From an uncultured Candidatus Saccharibacteria bacterium (GTDB taxonomy: Bacteria; Patescibacteriota; Saccharimonadia; UBA4664; CAZJNH01): a DNA stretch of 64,000 bases. Shown in pieces: positions 47,380 through 59,218 of this stretch; the stretch's first letter is position 1; each line of letters opens with the position of its first letter. The stretch spans positions 7,226-71,225 of the forward strand of contig CAZJNH010000004.1 in the NCBI GenBank assembly GCA_964547425.1. Direction: 5' to 3'. Under the pieces are notes generated by a model, which did not search any database, was not told the origin of the DNA, and worked only from the letters and a program-made list of their open reading frames with translations. The translations under genes were made by a program, and so were the position numbers.

Positions 47380-48003
47380 TTAATACTTGCGGATGACTCC
47401 AATCACAACGCCTTGGATTTGTAGGTTGGCGTCTTTAGGGACAATGATCGGATCCATAGTTGAGTTAGCCGGCTGTAAGCGGATGTGGTCTTTTTCTTTG
47501 TAGTAGCGTTTGAGGGTGGCTTCGCCTTCGACCAAAGCCACAACGACTTCGCCATTTGAGGGGACTTCTTTTTCCTGAATCACCACAAAGTCACCATCCA
47601 TAATGGCGTCTTCGATCATCGATTCACCTTTAACCTGCAAAACATACGAATTGCGGCGTCCGACCATAAAGGGCGGCACGTCCAAGGTTTCGGCGTGGCC
47701 GGTGACGGCTTCGATCGGCTGGCCGGCGGCGATTAAGCCGAGGATCGGCAAACCTACGGCGTGGTCTTCGTCGAACTCTTCGCGTTTGGGTTTGATTAAC
47801 TGGATGGAGCGGGCCTGGCCGACGCCTTTACCGAGATAACCTTTTTCAACCAAAGTCTCAACGTGGCTGGCGACGGTCGCGACCGAGGACATGTCGAGTG
47901 ACGCGGCGATTTCACGGTAGCTGGGCGCGTAGCCGTGCAGTTCGATGAATTGCGTGATGAAGTCCAGGACTTCTTTTTGTCTCTTTGTTAGCGGCTGTGC
48001 CAT
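47380..48003 (-). CDS. lexA: LexA repressor
   Basis: Winged-helix N-terminus and S24 peptidase C-terminus (VKGESM… with a downstream Lys). Confidence 0.9.
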   Translation of the reverse strand: MAQPLTKRQKEVLDFITQFIELHGYAPSYREIAASLDMSSVATVASHVETLVEKGYLGKGVGQARSIQLIKPKREEFDEDHAVGLPILGLIAAGQPIEAVTGHAETLDVPPFMVGRRNSYVLQVKGESMIEDAIMDGDFVVIQEKEVPSNGEVVVALVEGEATLKRYYKEKDHIRLQPANSTMDPIIVPKDANLQIQGVVIGVIRKY

Positions 48004-48033
48004 TGCTTGCCTCCTGCTAGTTCTAAAAAATAA

Positions 48034-48057
48034 TGTTCGCCTTTAGTATGGCGAACA
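48034..48057. promoter_or_regulatory. candidate LexA operator (TGTTCGCC-N8-GGCGAACA)
   Basis: A perfect 8-bp inverted repeat 31 nt upstream of the lexA start. The GTTC/GAAC half-sites resemble the Gram-positive SOS box. Confidence 0.5.
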
Positions 48058-48093
48058 AAACCCGTAACGTCAAGACTTTTATGCTTTCTTGGA

Positions 48094-49902
48094 CTAATTA
48101 AACTGCTTCGTGATCGGGAAGTCGTTGCTGGAGGAGTAATAGGAGTCGATTGTGTCGGTCTTGGTGACTTTACCATCCAGATTCATAACGTCACGCCAAA
48201 ACCGGGTGTGTGAGGGCTTTGTGGCGTCGCTATTGCCGGTGACGAAGACCGGCCCGCGAATCCGCCCGGACTTAGTCTTGGTACCGTAATAATCAAACTT
48301 CAGCGTGGTTCCGGAAATAACGGTCTGGATCAGGATATAGTGGCCGGTATCGTTGACGAACTTCAGGTCGGCTTGCGGGTAAAAAATCGTCGCGTCCACT
48401 CCGGGAATGCCGAAGGGAGCGGTGTAGTAAAACACAGCGTAGGAGTGGTTGTGGCGTTCGGTAATTGGCAGGCCTGCGAGTAGCGCCGCGCGGAAGGCGG
48501 TCGAGGCGACTTGGCACAGCCCCCCGCCGTACTGAAACTCTTCGTGGTTGCCGACAATAACCAGTCCCGGGACAAAGCCTTCGGCTGGGCCAACGTCGCC
48601 GAGGATTTTTCCAAAAGAGAATGTCTCCCCCGGCTTCAGCAGCACCCCGTTAAACTTAGAGGTCCCGACGGTAATGTTGGTAATCCGGTTGGGCGGCGAG
48701 CCGGGAAAGTAGGTTACTCCCTCGCTGATCAATTCTTTAATCCCGAGGTGGTTGAGGTTTTCCTCCGTCACGTCCGGATGGGAAACGGCCACGGTTAAGG
48801 TCAGATCCCGGTCCTCGGCCGGCATATTTAGCGCCTCCGTGATGTCGTTAATAGCCCCGACGCGGTCGAGGGCAATACCGTCCCGGCTGGGCTGAAAAAC
48901 CGTCGCCCGCCCGCCGACGATCGAAAGAGCGGCGTTCTGCCCTTTTTGGTCGACTTTAGCCGCCAGTCCGGCGACATAACCCGCAATAGCGGTTCGATCC
49001 ATTTCGAGATTAACGCCCGGAACCGCGCGGATTACCAGGTCATTCAAGCTCAGGCTGCCGAGCTGGGTGCTTTGCGAAGAGGTAATTTTGATCCAACTGA
49101 TAATGTCCCCCAGCCCGGCGGTGTAGGTAGCGTGGCTGACCTTCAGCTTTAGCGGACCGGCTAAGAATGTGTCGGCCTGGTGTTTGGCGGCTTCGAGTTC
49201 CGGCTTGCCGATCAGGGGATTCAGTACGTAAACCGGCATCACAACCGGCGAGGAGTTTGTGTGCGCCAGATGATCTTTGATCTCGGTGGCGCCCAAACCT
49301 AGATCGAGCCGTCGGCCCGACACCGAAGGGTTAACTTTGACGCTGCCTCCTTTGAAGCTAAGCGTCGCGTCGCTGACCGGTTTATCAACAATATCGGAAA
49401 TGTTGACGATGTATGGCGTCAATTTGGCATTACTGAAACTGTAGACCGCCACGTTAGTGGAGCGCGAAAATAGTGAACGCAGCCTGGAACGGACCTGGCC
49501 CAGGAGCGATCCTTGGCGGCCGTAGTTCATCGCGACATCCACGGTTTTTTCGGTGTCGAACTTAAAGTCCAAACTCGAAACCGGAATATATACGATAGTG
49601 TTGTTATACTTCAGCCCCAGTTGCTGGCCCGAGAAATCGTTGACCTTAGCTTGGACTGCTTTGACAGCGTCTGCCCGGGTCATTCCGCCCAGGTACACTC
49701 CGGCCGCGTTAACTCCCGGAACCACTTTGCCGCTATAAACCTTTTCAAACCCAACCAGCAGTAATCCGGCGATAATAACCAGCGCCAAAACAGCCGCGGC
49801 GGCGGTTTGCCAGCGGGGACGGCGGGGCGGAGCCGGTTCAGCCTGTTCGTCGATCGGCAAACTGTCCGGCAGAGCGTCCACTTTTATGTCTTTCTTGACC
49901 AT
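48094..49902 (-). CDS. VanW/YoaR-family protein (cell-wall associated)
   Basis: An N-terminal TM helix, and a VanW domain with GGGLCQVASTAFRAALLAG. Confidence 0.65.
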   Translation of the reverse strand: MVKKDIKVDALPDSLPIDEQAEPAPPRRPRWQTAAAAVLALVIIAGLLLVGFEKVYSGKVVPGVNAAGVYLGGMTRADAVKAVQAKVNDFSGQQLGLKYNNTIVYIPVSSLDFKFDTEKTVDVAMNYGRQGSLLGQVRSRLRSLFSRSTNVAVYSFSNAKLTPYIVNISDIVDKPVSDATLSFKGGSVKVNPSVSGRRLDLGLGATEIKDHLAHTNSSPVVMPVYVLNPLIGKPELEAAKHQADTFLAGPLKLKVSHATYTAGLGDIISWIKITSSQSTQLGSLSLNDLVIRAVPGVNLEMDRTAIAGYVAGLAAKVDQKGQNAALSIVGGRATVFQPSRDGIALDRVGAINDITEALNMPAEDRDLTLTVAVSHPDVTEENLNHLGIKELISEGVTYFPGSPPNRITNITVGTSKFNGVLLKPGETFSFGKILGDVGPAEGFVPGLVIVGNHEEFQYGGGLCQVASTAFRAALLAGLPITERHNHSYAVFYYTAPFGIPGVDATIFYPQADLKFVNDTGHYILIQTVISGTTLKFDYYGTKTKSGRIRGPVFVTGNSDATKPSHTRFWRDVMNLDGKVTKTDTIDSYYSSSNDFPITKQFN

Positions 49903-49984
49903 AACGTTTTAAGTATATCTGAAACCCCGATCACGATGAATCATTTTGTCCTTGATTGACAAACCGGCCTGGCAATCGTAAGGT

Positions 49985-50560
49985 TTGCCAAGATTCGAGG
50001 CGGAGTTGTTCCTCAACAAGGAGGCAGGCGTGAAGGTCACCGAGTCCGGCATCTCCGGGCTGTACTTCGTTGAGCTCGACGTGCGTGGAGACGAGCGCGG
50101 CAGCTTCACCGAGGTGTACCAGCTGGAAAAGATGGCTGCGGGCGGTTTGCCGGAACTCGGCGCCGTGCAATGGAATCGCAGTGTTTCCCAGTTGGGGACT
50201 TTGCGGGGCATCCACGCCGAGCCGTGGAAGAAGTTCGTTGCCGTGATGTACGGCGAGGCCTTCGGCGCCTGGGTGGATCTGCGGCCGGAGTCCCCGACCG
50301 CCGGCAAGGTTGAAACCTGGCAGCTGGACCGTGGCCATGCGGTGTTCATCACCCGGGGTATCGGTAACGCCTTCCAGGCGCTGACCGAACCGACGGTCTA
50401 CTGCTATTTGGTTAACGACCATTGGTCGCCGGACGTGAAGTATCGCGCGGTGGCGTGGGACGATCCGGCGCTCGCGATCGACTGGCCGATCACCGATAAT
50501 CGGTTGATCCTGTCCGACAAGGACCGGCAGAACCCAACTCTCGAGGAGGTACTGGGATGA
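49985..50560 (+). CDS. rmlC: dTDP-4-dehydrorhamnose 3,5-epimerase
   Basis: Cupin fold with the motifs GLYFVELDVRGDERGSFTEVY and catalytic His/Tyr residues in place. Markedly GC-rich. Confidence 0.85.
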   Translation: MPRFEAELFLNKEAGVKVTESGISGLYFVELDVRGDERGSFTEVYQLEKMAAGGLPELGAVQWNRSVSQLGTLRGIHAEPWKKFVAVMYGEAFGAWVDLRPESPTAGKVETWQLDRGHAVFITRGIGNAFQALTEPTVYCYLVNDHWSPDVKYRAVAWDDPALAIDWPITDNRLILSDKDRQNPTLEEVLG

Positions 50561-51371
50561 AGGTCGTCTATACGGGAGCGAACGGACAGCTCGGCCGAGC
50601 TTTAGGCAAGGTCTGGCCGGAAGCAATCGGCCTTGACCGCGAAGCGCTCGACCTGACTTGGCCCGACTACGCCATCCGGGAAAGGATCATGCAGTACGAG
50701 CCGGATGTAGTCATCAACTGCGCGGCGTACACCAGGGTCGACCTGGCTGAAGTGGAACCGTTCGACGCGCTTCAGATCAACGGCACGGCGGTTGCACCGA
50801 TCGCCGACGCCTGCAACAAACTGGACGCGCTGCTGATTCAGATCTCGACCGACTACGTCCACCCACGCGCGGAGTCGATCTACGCCGAATCCAAGCTGTG
50901 GGGCGAACGGGCGGCTGAGACTTCGAGGCGATACTGCATCATCCGCACCAGCTGGGTGTTTGGGGATGGCAGCAACTTCGTCCGCACGATGGCCGGATTG
51001 GCCGACAGACCGAGCCTTGAGGTTGTCGATAATGAAGTTGGCCGGCCAACGTACGCCGAGGATCTGGCGGCCGCGATCAAACACATTGTCGTCCGCGACG
51101 AAGATCCTTACGGGCTTCTTTGCATCCAAAACGACGGGGATGTGATCAGTTGGGCCGGCCTGGCCAAACAGATCTTCGCCGAGTTGGGTTCGCGAACCAA
51201 AGTGGTTCCGATCCTTGCCTCCGAATGGGGCCGCCGGGTGAAGGAGCAAGGCAAGCCCTACGCCAAGCGTCCCTTAACTTCGACCTTCGACCTCGGCTGG
51301 CTAGAGGAATACGGCATCGCAATGCCCGATTGGCGGCTGGCTGTGCGCCGATACCTCGCAACGCTTGACAC

Positions 51372-51387
<16 letters not shown>
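50557..51387 (+). CDS. rmlD: dTDP-4-dehydrorhamnose reductase
   Basis: N-terminus MKVVYTGANGQLG and an SDR-extended fold. GC-rich. Confidence 0.8.
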
Positions 51388-53699
<2,312 letters not shown>

Positions 53700-54562
53700 A
53701 TGAAGGGCATTATTCTGGCCGGCGGATCGGGCACGCGTTTGTACCCGATCACCCAGGGCATCTCGAAACAGATTATGCCGATCTACGACAAGCCGATGAT
53801 CTACTATCCTTTGTCGACTTTGATGCTAGCTGGAATTAACGAAATCCTGATTATTTCCACGCCGCATGATCTGCCAGGATTCCAGCGTCTGCTGGGCGAC
53901 GGTTCGCAGTGGGGCTGCAAGTTCAGCTACGAGATCCAGGAAACTCCGGGTGGATTAGCCCAAGCTTTCATCATCGGCGAGAAGTTCATTGGCCAGGACA
54001 AAGTTTCCTTAATTTTAGGCGACAACATTTTTACGGATCGAACTTGAGCGAGAAACTCCAGGGCTGCATCAATCCGGCGGGCGGCATTATCTTCGCCTAC
54101 CACGTCTCCGATCCGGAGCGCTACGGAGTTGTGGAGTTCGGCAAAAATATGAAAGCCGTATCGATCGAGGAAAAACCAGCCAAGCCCAAAAGCCATTACG
54201 CAATCCCCGGTTTGTATTTTTTCGACAACGAAGCTATCGTGGCCGCTAAACAAGCCACCCCCAGCGCCCGGGGAGAATTAGAAATCACCGAGGTGCACAA
54301 TTACTATCTCCGAAAAAACCGGCTCAAAGTTGTAGTGATGGACCGCGGCACCGCCTGGCTCGACACCGGCACCTTTGACTCATTAGTCCAAGCCGCCGAA
54401 TTTGTCCGCGTGATCGAACAGCGCCAGGGCCTCAAAATCGGCTGCGTCGAAGAGGTGGCCTACCGCATGGGTTTCATCACCGCCAAACAGCTTAAAGACT
54501 TAGCCAAACCGCTTTTAAAGTCAGGTTACGGGCAGTATCTTGAAGAGGTACTAAATGAGTAA
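53700..54562 (+). pseudogene. rmlA: glucose-1-phosphate thymidylyltransferase, frameshifted
   Basis: The N-terminal 115 aa ([18 protein letters not shown]…LGDNIF) stop after a T5 run at 54028-54032. The remaining 170 aa (YGSNL… to the end) continue in the +1 frame. A T6 run there would restore a full-length RmlA. Confidence 0.7.
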
Positions 54563-56465
54563 AAAAACTACTGCTTCCGGTTTGGGCTTAGACCGCTGGC
54601 TGCTCGGCGGTTTATTGGCGGCGGGGTTACTCAGCCTCGTTCTCCATATATTCTTGCTGCCGCTGTGGTTAGTCTTCCCGGCTGTATGGTTTGTCGCGGT
54701 TAATAGAAAAAATTGGTTAATCAACCTGCCGTTAATGTTTATGCTGAATCTTTGCTTCCTGATCCTAGCGGTCGCAGGTATGTCGTTTCTTCACATCCAT
54801 TTCGGCGCGATTTCCTTGGGCTTGGCAGGTATAGGCCTCAGCTTACTGGGATGGAAATTTAAAGAGAAACTGCGCCCAATATTCGAAACCGGGATAGACC
54901 ACTCGAAATTCAAGGATTTAGTGGCGGTCGCAGTTATTTACGGGCTGTTCGGCGTAGCGTTCGTCGCCCGAGTTGTAAGTGTTTTTCAGGCTCCAGCTCC
55001 GATCCTACACGACCCGGTTGCTCACGCGGTTTGGACCAAAAGCCTGCTGCAGTCCGGCGTCATAAACTTTTTTTACTCCCCTGGACTGCACATTATTTCG
55101 GCGTTCACGACACTGGCCGCCGGCTTAACTATTGCTCGCTCGATCAACCTTGTCACCAATTTCTTGAGTGCCTTCAGCGTACTTAGCTGGGGGCTTGCCG
55201 CCTTTGTGGTGGTAAGGCGTCGCAGTTATGCAGTAGCCGTCGCGGGCCTGACCCTGCTTGTTCCAATCCCCGCTTTACTTTACTTTACGGCCGGAAAAAA
55301 CGCGTTAGTCGTAGCGATCGCCTTCTTGCCTTTGGTGTTCGTTTTACTTGGCCGGGTTTTTGATAAGGCCAAGCATTGGTGGGCTTTGGCGGTCGCACTT
55401 GCGGCCGTAGGTTTTATTCACTACCCGACTTTTGGCTATGTTCTGGTCACGGCTGGGTTGGCCACCGCGGCGGTTTTTGCCCGGGATTTGGCCAGACGCC
55501 GATTTAACATCAAACTGGCACTCCGGCTTGTCCTGTCTTTAGCTTTACCAGCGATCATTATCGCTGGTTGGATCTGGCTTCATCCCGAGGCCAGCACTTC
55601 TGCGACAGGGGCTGCCGTCAGATCCCACGGCGCAGTTCAGGCGATCCGCGACAGCTTGGCAGAGTTTAAAGGATTCATTAAAACCAATGGGTCGAAGGTT
55701 CCTTTAGTTAGCTTTTTGTTTGTTCCGGTTTTATTTATTGGGGCAGTTTACGCCTTAGTCCGCAAGTTTCGGCCAGAGTCTTTGATAGCCTTGGCATTTT
55801 TAGCGGCAGTGTTTTCCATACCAACGCTTATCCGAATTCTGGGCACCAACAATGGTGACATTATCCGATCATCAGGTGTATTGTTGGTCTTCCAGGCCTT
55901 AACTTTGCTGGCTGCTTTTTTGATCAGCGACCAATGGTCTCAGCGCGATTGGTCTTGGATGAAGTGGCCGCTGGTAACGGCAAGTTTGTTGATTGTATGC
56001 GCCGCGGGGGCAAAACAGTATTACGAGTTCAAAAAAGCCAGCCATAATACCGCGGTTGTAGATGCTTATGATCTCGACGCGTTTAGCTGGATCAACCAAA
56101 ACTTAGATGGCGGCGCCAAGTTTATCAACAACGCAACCGTCAACCCCAAACGCCCTCTAGTTATATACCCGACCGATGGCGGCATGTGGCTACCGGTTTA
56201 CACCAGTAGCGCGATTTCGATGGGTTTTGTCGAAGCCGGAAACCAGGCTACCGCCGACCACTACAAAACATATCTGGGCCTATCGGTAAGCCAGTCTGTC
56301 GGCACCACGCTTTGCCGCTTTAAGGCTGAGGGTTACAACTACTACTACCAAGACGTAGGTATTTTTGGGCCATCATTCGATGCCAGTAAGTACCCCCTCA
56401 ACCTGAAGAAAATCTATACCAATCCCGAAGTCCAAATTTACAAGCTCGCCGATTGCCTTAGCTAG
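54555..56465 (+). CDS. large polytopic membrane protein (possible glycan polymerase/GT-C-like)
   Basis: 636 aa with at least 14 TM helices. No soluble catalytic domain was recognised. Confidence 0.35.
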   Translation: MSKKTTASGLGLDRWLLGGLLAAGLLSLVLHIFLLPLWLVFPAVWFVAVNRKNWLINLPLMFMLNLCFLILAVAGMSFLHIHFGAISLGLAGIGLSLLGWKFKEKLRPIFETGIDHSKFKDLVAVAVIYGLFGVAFVARVVSVFQAPAPILHDPVAHAVWTKSLLQSGVINFFYSPGLHIISAFTTLAAGLTIARSINLVTNFLSAFSVLSWGLAAFVVVRRRSYAVAVAGLTLLVPIPALLYFTAGKNALVVAIAFLPLVFVLLGRVFDKAKHWWALAVALAAVGFIHYPTFGYVLVTAGLATAAVFARDLARRRFNIKLALRLVLSLALPAIIIAGWIWLHPEASTSATGAAVRSHGAVQAIRDSLAEFKGFIKTNGSKVPLVSFLFVPVLFIGAVYALVRKFRPESLIALAFLAAVFSIPTLIRILGTNNGDIIRSSGVLLVFQALTLLAAFLISDQWSQRDWSWMKWPLVTASLLIVCAAGAKQYYEFKKASHNTAVVDAYDLDAFSWINQNLDGGAKFINNATVNPKRPLVIYPTDGGMWLPVYTSSAISMGFVEAGNQATADHYKTYLGLSVSQSVGTTLCRFKAEGYNYYYQDVGIFGPSFDASKYPLNLKKIYTNPEVQIYKLADCLS

Positions 56466-57405
56466 TCTCGGCCAGCCGGGGCCGGGCAAAAAAGAGCCAC
56501 AATATAAACAAACTGCTAAATAGTACCGCCCGGTCGATGAGTGAGACTGAGAGCAGCTGCGCTGTCGAGAAACCGACTACACTCGAGGAGAAAATATAAA
56601 TCGCCTCTTTAACACCGAGATTGGCTGGGGTGATGTTAACAAATAGGCTCAGGCTGCCCAGCGTACTCAAAAGCAACAGGCTGGCGAATGAAATCGGCAG
56701 ATGAAGAGCGGTCACGATAATCTTGGTGTCGACGATGGTTAGTAGGACATTGAAGGCGGTAATCGCTATTAGCTGGAGCATCAGGCGTCGATCGTTGGAG
56801 ATTACTCTCCAGCCGTCGTTGACTTGGCGGACCCTTCGCCAGAGTCTGGCGGGGATACCCTTGTTTTCACCAAGCTCAGACCGGCTGCCGGGCAGTTTTA
56901 CAACCGATAGAGCAATCGAGCCGACGAAAATAGCCGCAAACATCAAAAGCAGAGTGTAGTACTGCGGATTCGCCTGGGCCCGCAACAACCATAGGGCCAG
57001 CAGGCCAAAGCTTGAGCTAACTAGAAAAACAATAATGTAGTTACCCGACAAAATCGAAATGTAGTCGGCATAGTCCAGGCCATGTTTTTGTTTCAAGTAG
57101 ATGCCGCGAAAACCGAAACCGGCTCCCACCGGCGCGAAGAAATTACCGACCGAAGCTACTAGCGAAATATAGAAGCTTTCGGCGTATGAGATTGATTTTT
57201 TAAACGGCAGCAAAATCAGTTTGATAAAAACGCCGTTGGAGAAGATGCCGACCAAGTCGATAGCAAAAATAATCAGCAGCAGAGCAATGTTAAGGTGCAA
57301 TAGCGGTGTAAAGTTGTGCTGGTTTAAGCGAAAATAGATCAGAAATAGCGCAATCGGTAACGCGGTCAGAATCAACCGAGCCGGCTTCGAACTTACTAAC
57401 TTCAT
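56458..57405 (-). CDS. flippase-like/lysylphosphatidylglycerol-synthase TM-region family membrane protein
   Basis: 315 aa with 8 TM helices, consistent with UPF0104-type topology. Confidence 0.45.
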   Translation of the reverse strand: MKLVSSKPARLILTALPIALFLIYFRLNQHNFTPLLHLNIALLLIIFAIDLVGIFSNGVFIKLILLPFKKSISYAESFYISLVASVGNFFAPVGAGFGFRGIYLKQKHGLDYADYISILSGNYIIVFLVSSSFGLLALWLLRAQANPQYYTLLLMFAAIFVGSIALSVVKLPGSRSELGENKGIPARLWRRVRQVNDGWRVISNDRRLMLQLIAITAFNVLLTIVDTKIIVTALHLPISFASLLLLSTLGSLSLFVNITPANLGVKEAIYIFSSSVVGFSTAQLLSVSLIDRAVLFSSLFILWLFFARPRLAETS

Positions 57406-58325
57406 TGCTGTCGGTACTGCCGTAATTTTTGCAGCCCATCTTCAAGCGAAATTAAAGGCCGGCCTAATAGTTGTTTCATCTTAGAGTTGTCGGGCTGACG
57501 CCTGGTCATATCCCCTTCTTTCAGAGCGGGTAAATGGACGATCTTTGACTTGGATCCGACGGTCTTAATGATGGTTTCAGCCAATTCCTTGATCGTAATC
57601 TCGGAGTCGTTGCCGATATTGATAACCTCGTTTTCGGTGTCTTTACGGTCAAGTACCTTTATGGTGGCTTCGATATTGTCGTCGACGAAACAGAAGGTCC
57701 TCGTTTGGCTGCCGTCACCATAGACCGTAATGTCTTTGCCTTGTTCGGCGGCGTCCAAAAACTTGGACATCACAAAGTCGGTGCTTTGGCGCGGCCCGTA
57801 GGTGTTAAAAAAGCGGAAAATGGTGAAGTTCAGCCCGAATTCCTTTTGGTAGGATTTTAGGAATGACTCGCCGACGTTTTTAACCACCGCGTAGGGAAGC
57901 CGCGAGTTTAGTGGCGTAGTTTCTTCGTGTTGCGGAAGCTCCACCGGTTCGCCGTACACTTCCGATGACGATGAGAACAGCACTCGTTTTACTCCAGTAC
58001 TTTTGGCCAAATCGAGGACGTTACGAAAACCTTCAATGTCGTTTAGGACCATCACCGGATTTTCGAGAGTCCGTTTTACCCCAACTACCGCGGCGTAGTG
58101 ATAGATGTAATCGAATTTGTGGCTGTGAAAAACCGGGGAGAGATCCCGGAATGAGTTGGCATCCGCCTTGATGAAGGTAACGTTTTTGCCCGAAGGAATA
58201 TTCTCCTCTTTTCCGGTAAGTAAATTGTCGACGATTACGACTTCATTACCGGCGTCTTTAGCCAGTTTCTCAGCCAAGTTACTGCCAATGAATCCAGCCC
58301 CGCCTGTCACCAAAAAATTACTCAC
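57402..58325 (-). CDS. NAD-dependent nucleotide-sugar epimerase/dehydratase (SDR)
   Basis: N-terminus [13 protein letters not shown] and catalytic YAVVK. Confidence 0.8.
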   Translation of the reverse strand: MSNFLVTGGAGFIGSNLAEKLAKDAGNEVVIVDNLLTGKEENIPSGKNVTFIKADANSFRDLSPVFHSHKFDYIYHYAAVVGVKRTLENPVMVLNDIEGFRNVLDLAKSTGVKRVLFSSSSEVYGEPVELPQHEETTPLNSRLPYAVVKNVGESFLKSYQKEFGLNFTIFRFFNTYGPRQSTDFVMSKFLDAAEQGKDITVYGDGSQTRTFCFVDDNIEATIKVLDRKDTENEVINIGNDSEITIKELAETIIKTVGSKSKIVHLPALKEGDMTRRQPDNSKMKQLLGRPLISLEDGLQKLRQYRQQ

Positions 58326-59218
58326 AAGAGTCCTTTCGGCAAATTCGAACGGTTGGTCAGCAAAACGTTGCTGTTAGCCAACGACGCCAATTGCCTGCTG
58401 GTTTTAATTCTTGAGAGTCCAGATTTTCGTTCATCGATTTCAAAGCAGTTTTTGTATAGTTTCATTAAACTTTCGGCGAGATCTTCGGTGTTTGTGCCGC
58501 TTCGCCGAAGCATCCCAGTATCAAACTCTAACAGTAAGTCTACCCCTTTCCCGATGGTTTTTTTGCCTCCGGCCAGTACCTGTCCTTCGTACCCTTCGAC
58601 ATCCATTTTGATCAAATCAACACTTAATTTCTTGTCCCTTACAAAATTATCAATGGTTTCGAGTTCGATTGTGATCTTTTCGCTCCCGGGCTTCGCCGCT
58701 ATCGAATGTGTGCCGATGCTATCCTTTGCCAGGGTAATTTTTGTCTGTCCCCGCTTCTCCCCCAGTGCTTTCGTGACAATCGTAACGTTCCTCGCTTTGT
58801 TATGCTCAACGTTTTTACGCAAAATTGCTATGTTTTCGGGAACAGGCTCGAACGCGTAAACCTTCCCTTTGGCTCCGACACTATCGCTGCCTATAAGAGC
58901 GTAGATCCCTAAATTTGAGCCTACGTCTAGGACAGTCATTCCGGGTTTTAGCAGAGTCCGGTAAGTATTGAGCTCGAGCTCTTCATAGTCCTGGTTGATA
59001 ATGCTGGGAACCATAGATACGTCTTTGGTATGAACATAAAGCTCCTTGCCCCTAAAGTTTATTAATTTTTCTTCCCGTTTGTGGCTGAGCAGGAAGAGCC
59101 GCTTAAACACCCACGAAGTAACTGGGAGTCGGTGTACCCAGGTATTACGAAACATCCGCCGCGCGATTTTAATTAACGCTAGGGTCGCTCTTTCGATTGG
59201 TGAAGGTTGTTCTTTCAT
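58322..59218 (-). CDS. FkbM-family methyltransferase
   Basis: VLDVGSNLGIYAL SAM-binding motif and FkbM-type length. Confidence 0.7.
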   Translation of the reverse strand: MKEQPSPIERATLALIKIARRMFRNTWVHRLPVTSWVFKRLFLLSHKREEKLINFRGKELYVHTKDVSMVPSIINQDYEELELNTYRTLLKPGMTVLDVGSNLGIYALIGSDSVGAKGKVYAFEPVPENIAILRKNVEHNKARNVTIVTKALGEKRGQTKITLAKDSIGTHSIAAKPGSEKITIELETIDNFVRDKKLSVDLIKMDVEGYEGQVLAGGKKTIGKGVDLLLEFDTGMLRRSGTNTEDLAESLMKLYKNCFEIDERKSGLSRIKTSRQLASLANSNVLLTNRSNLPKGLL

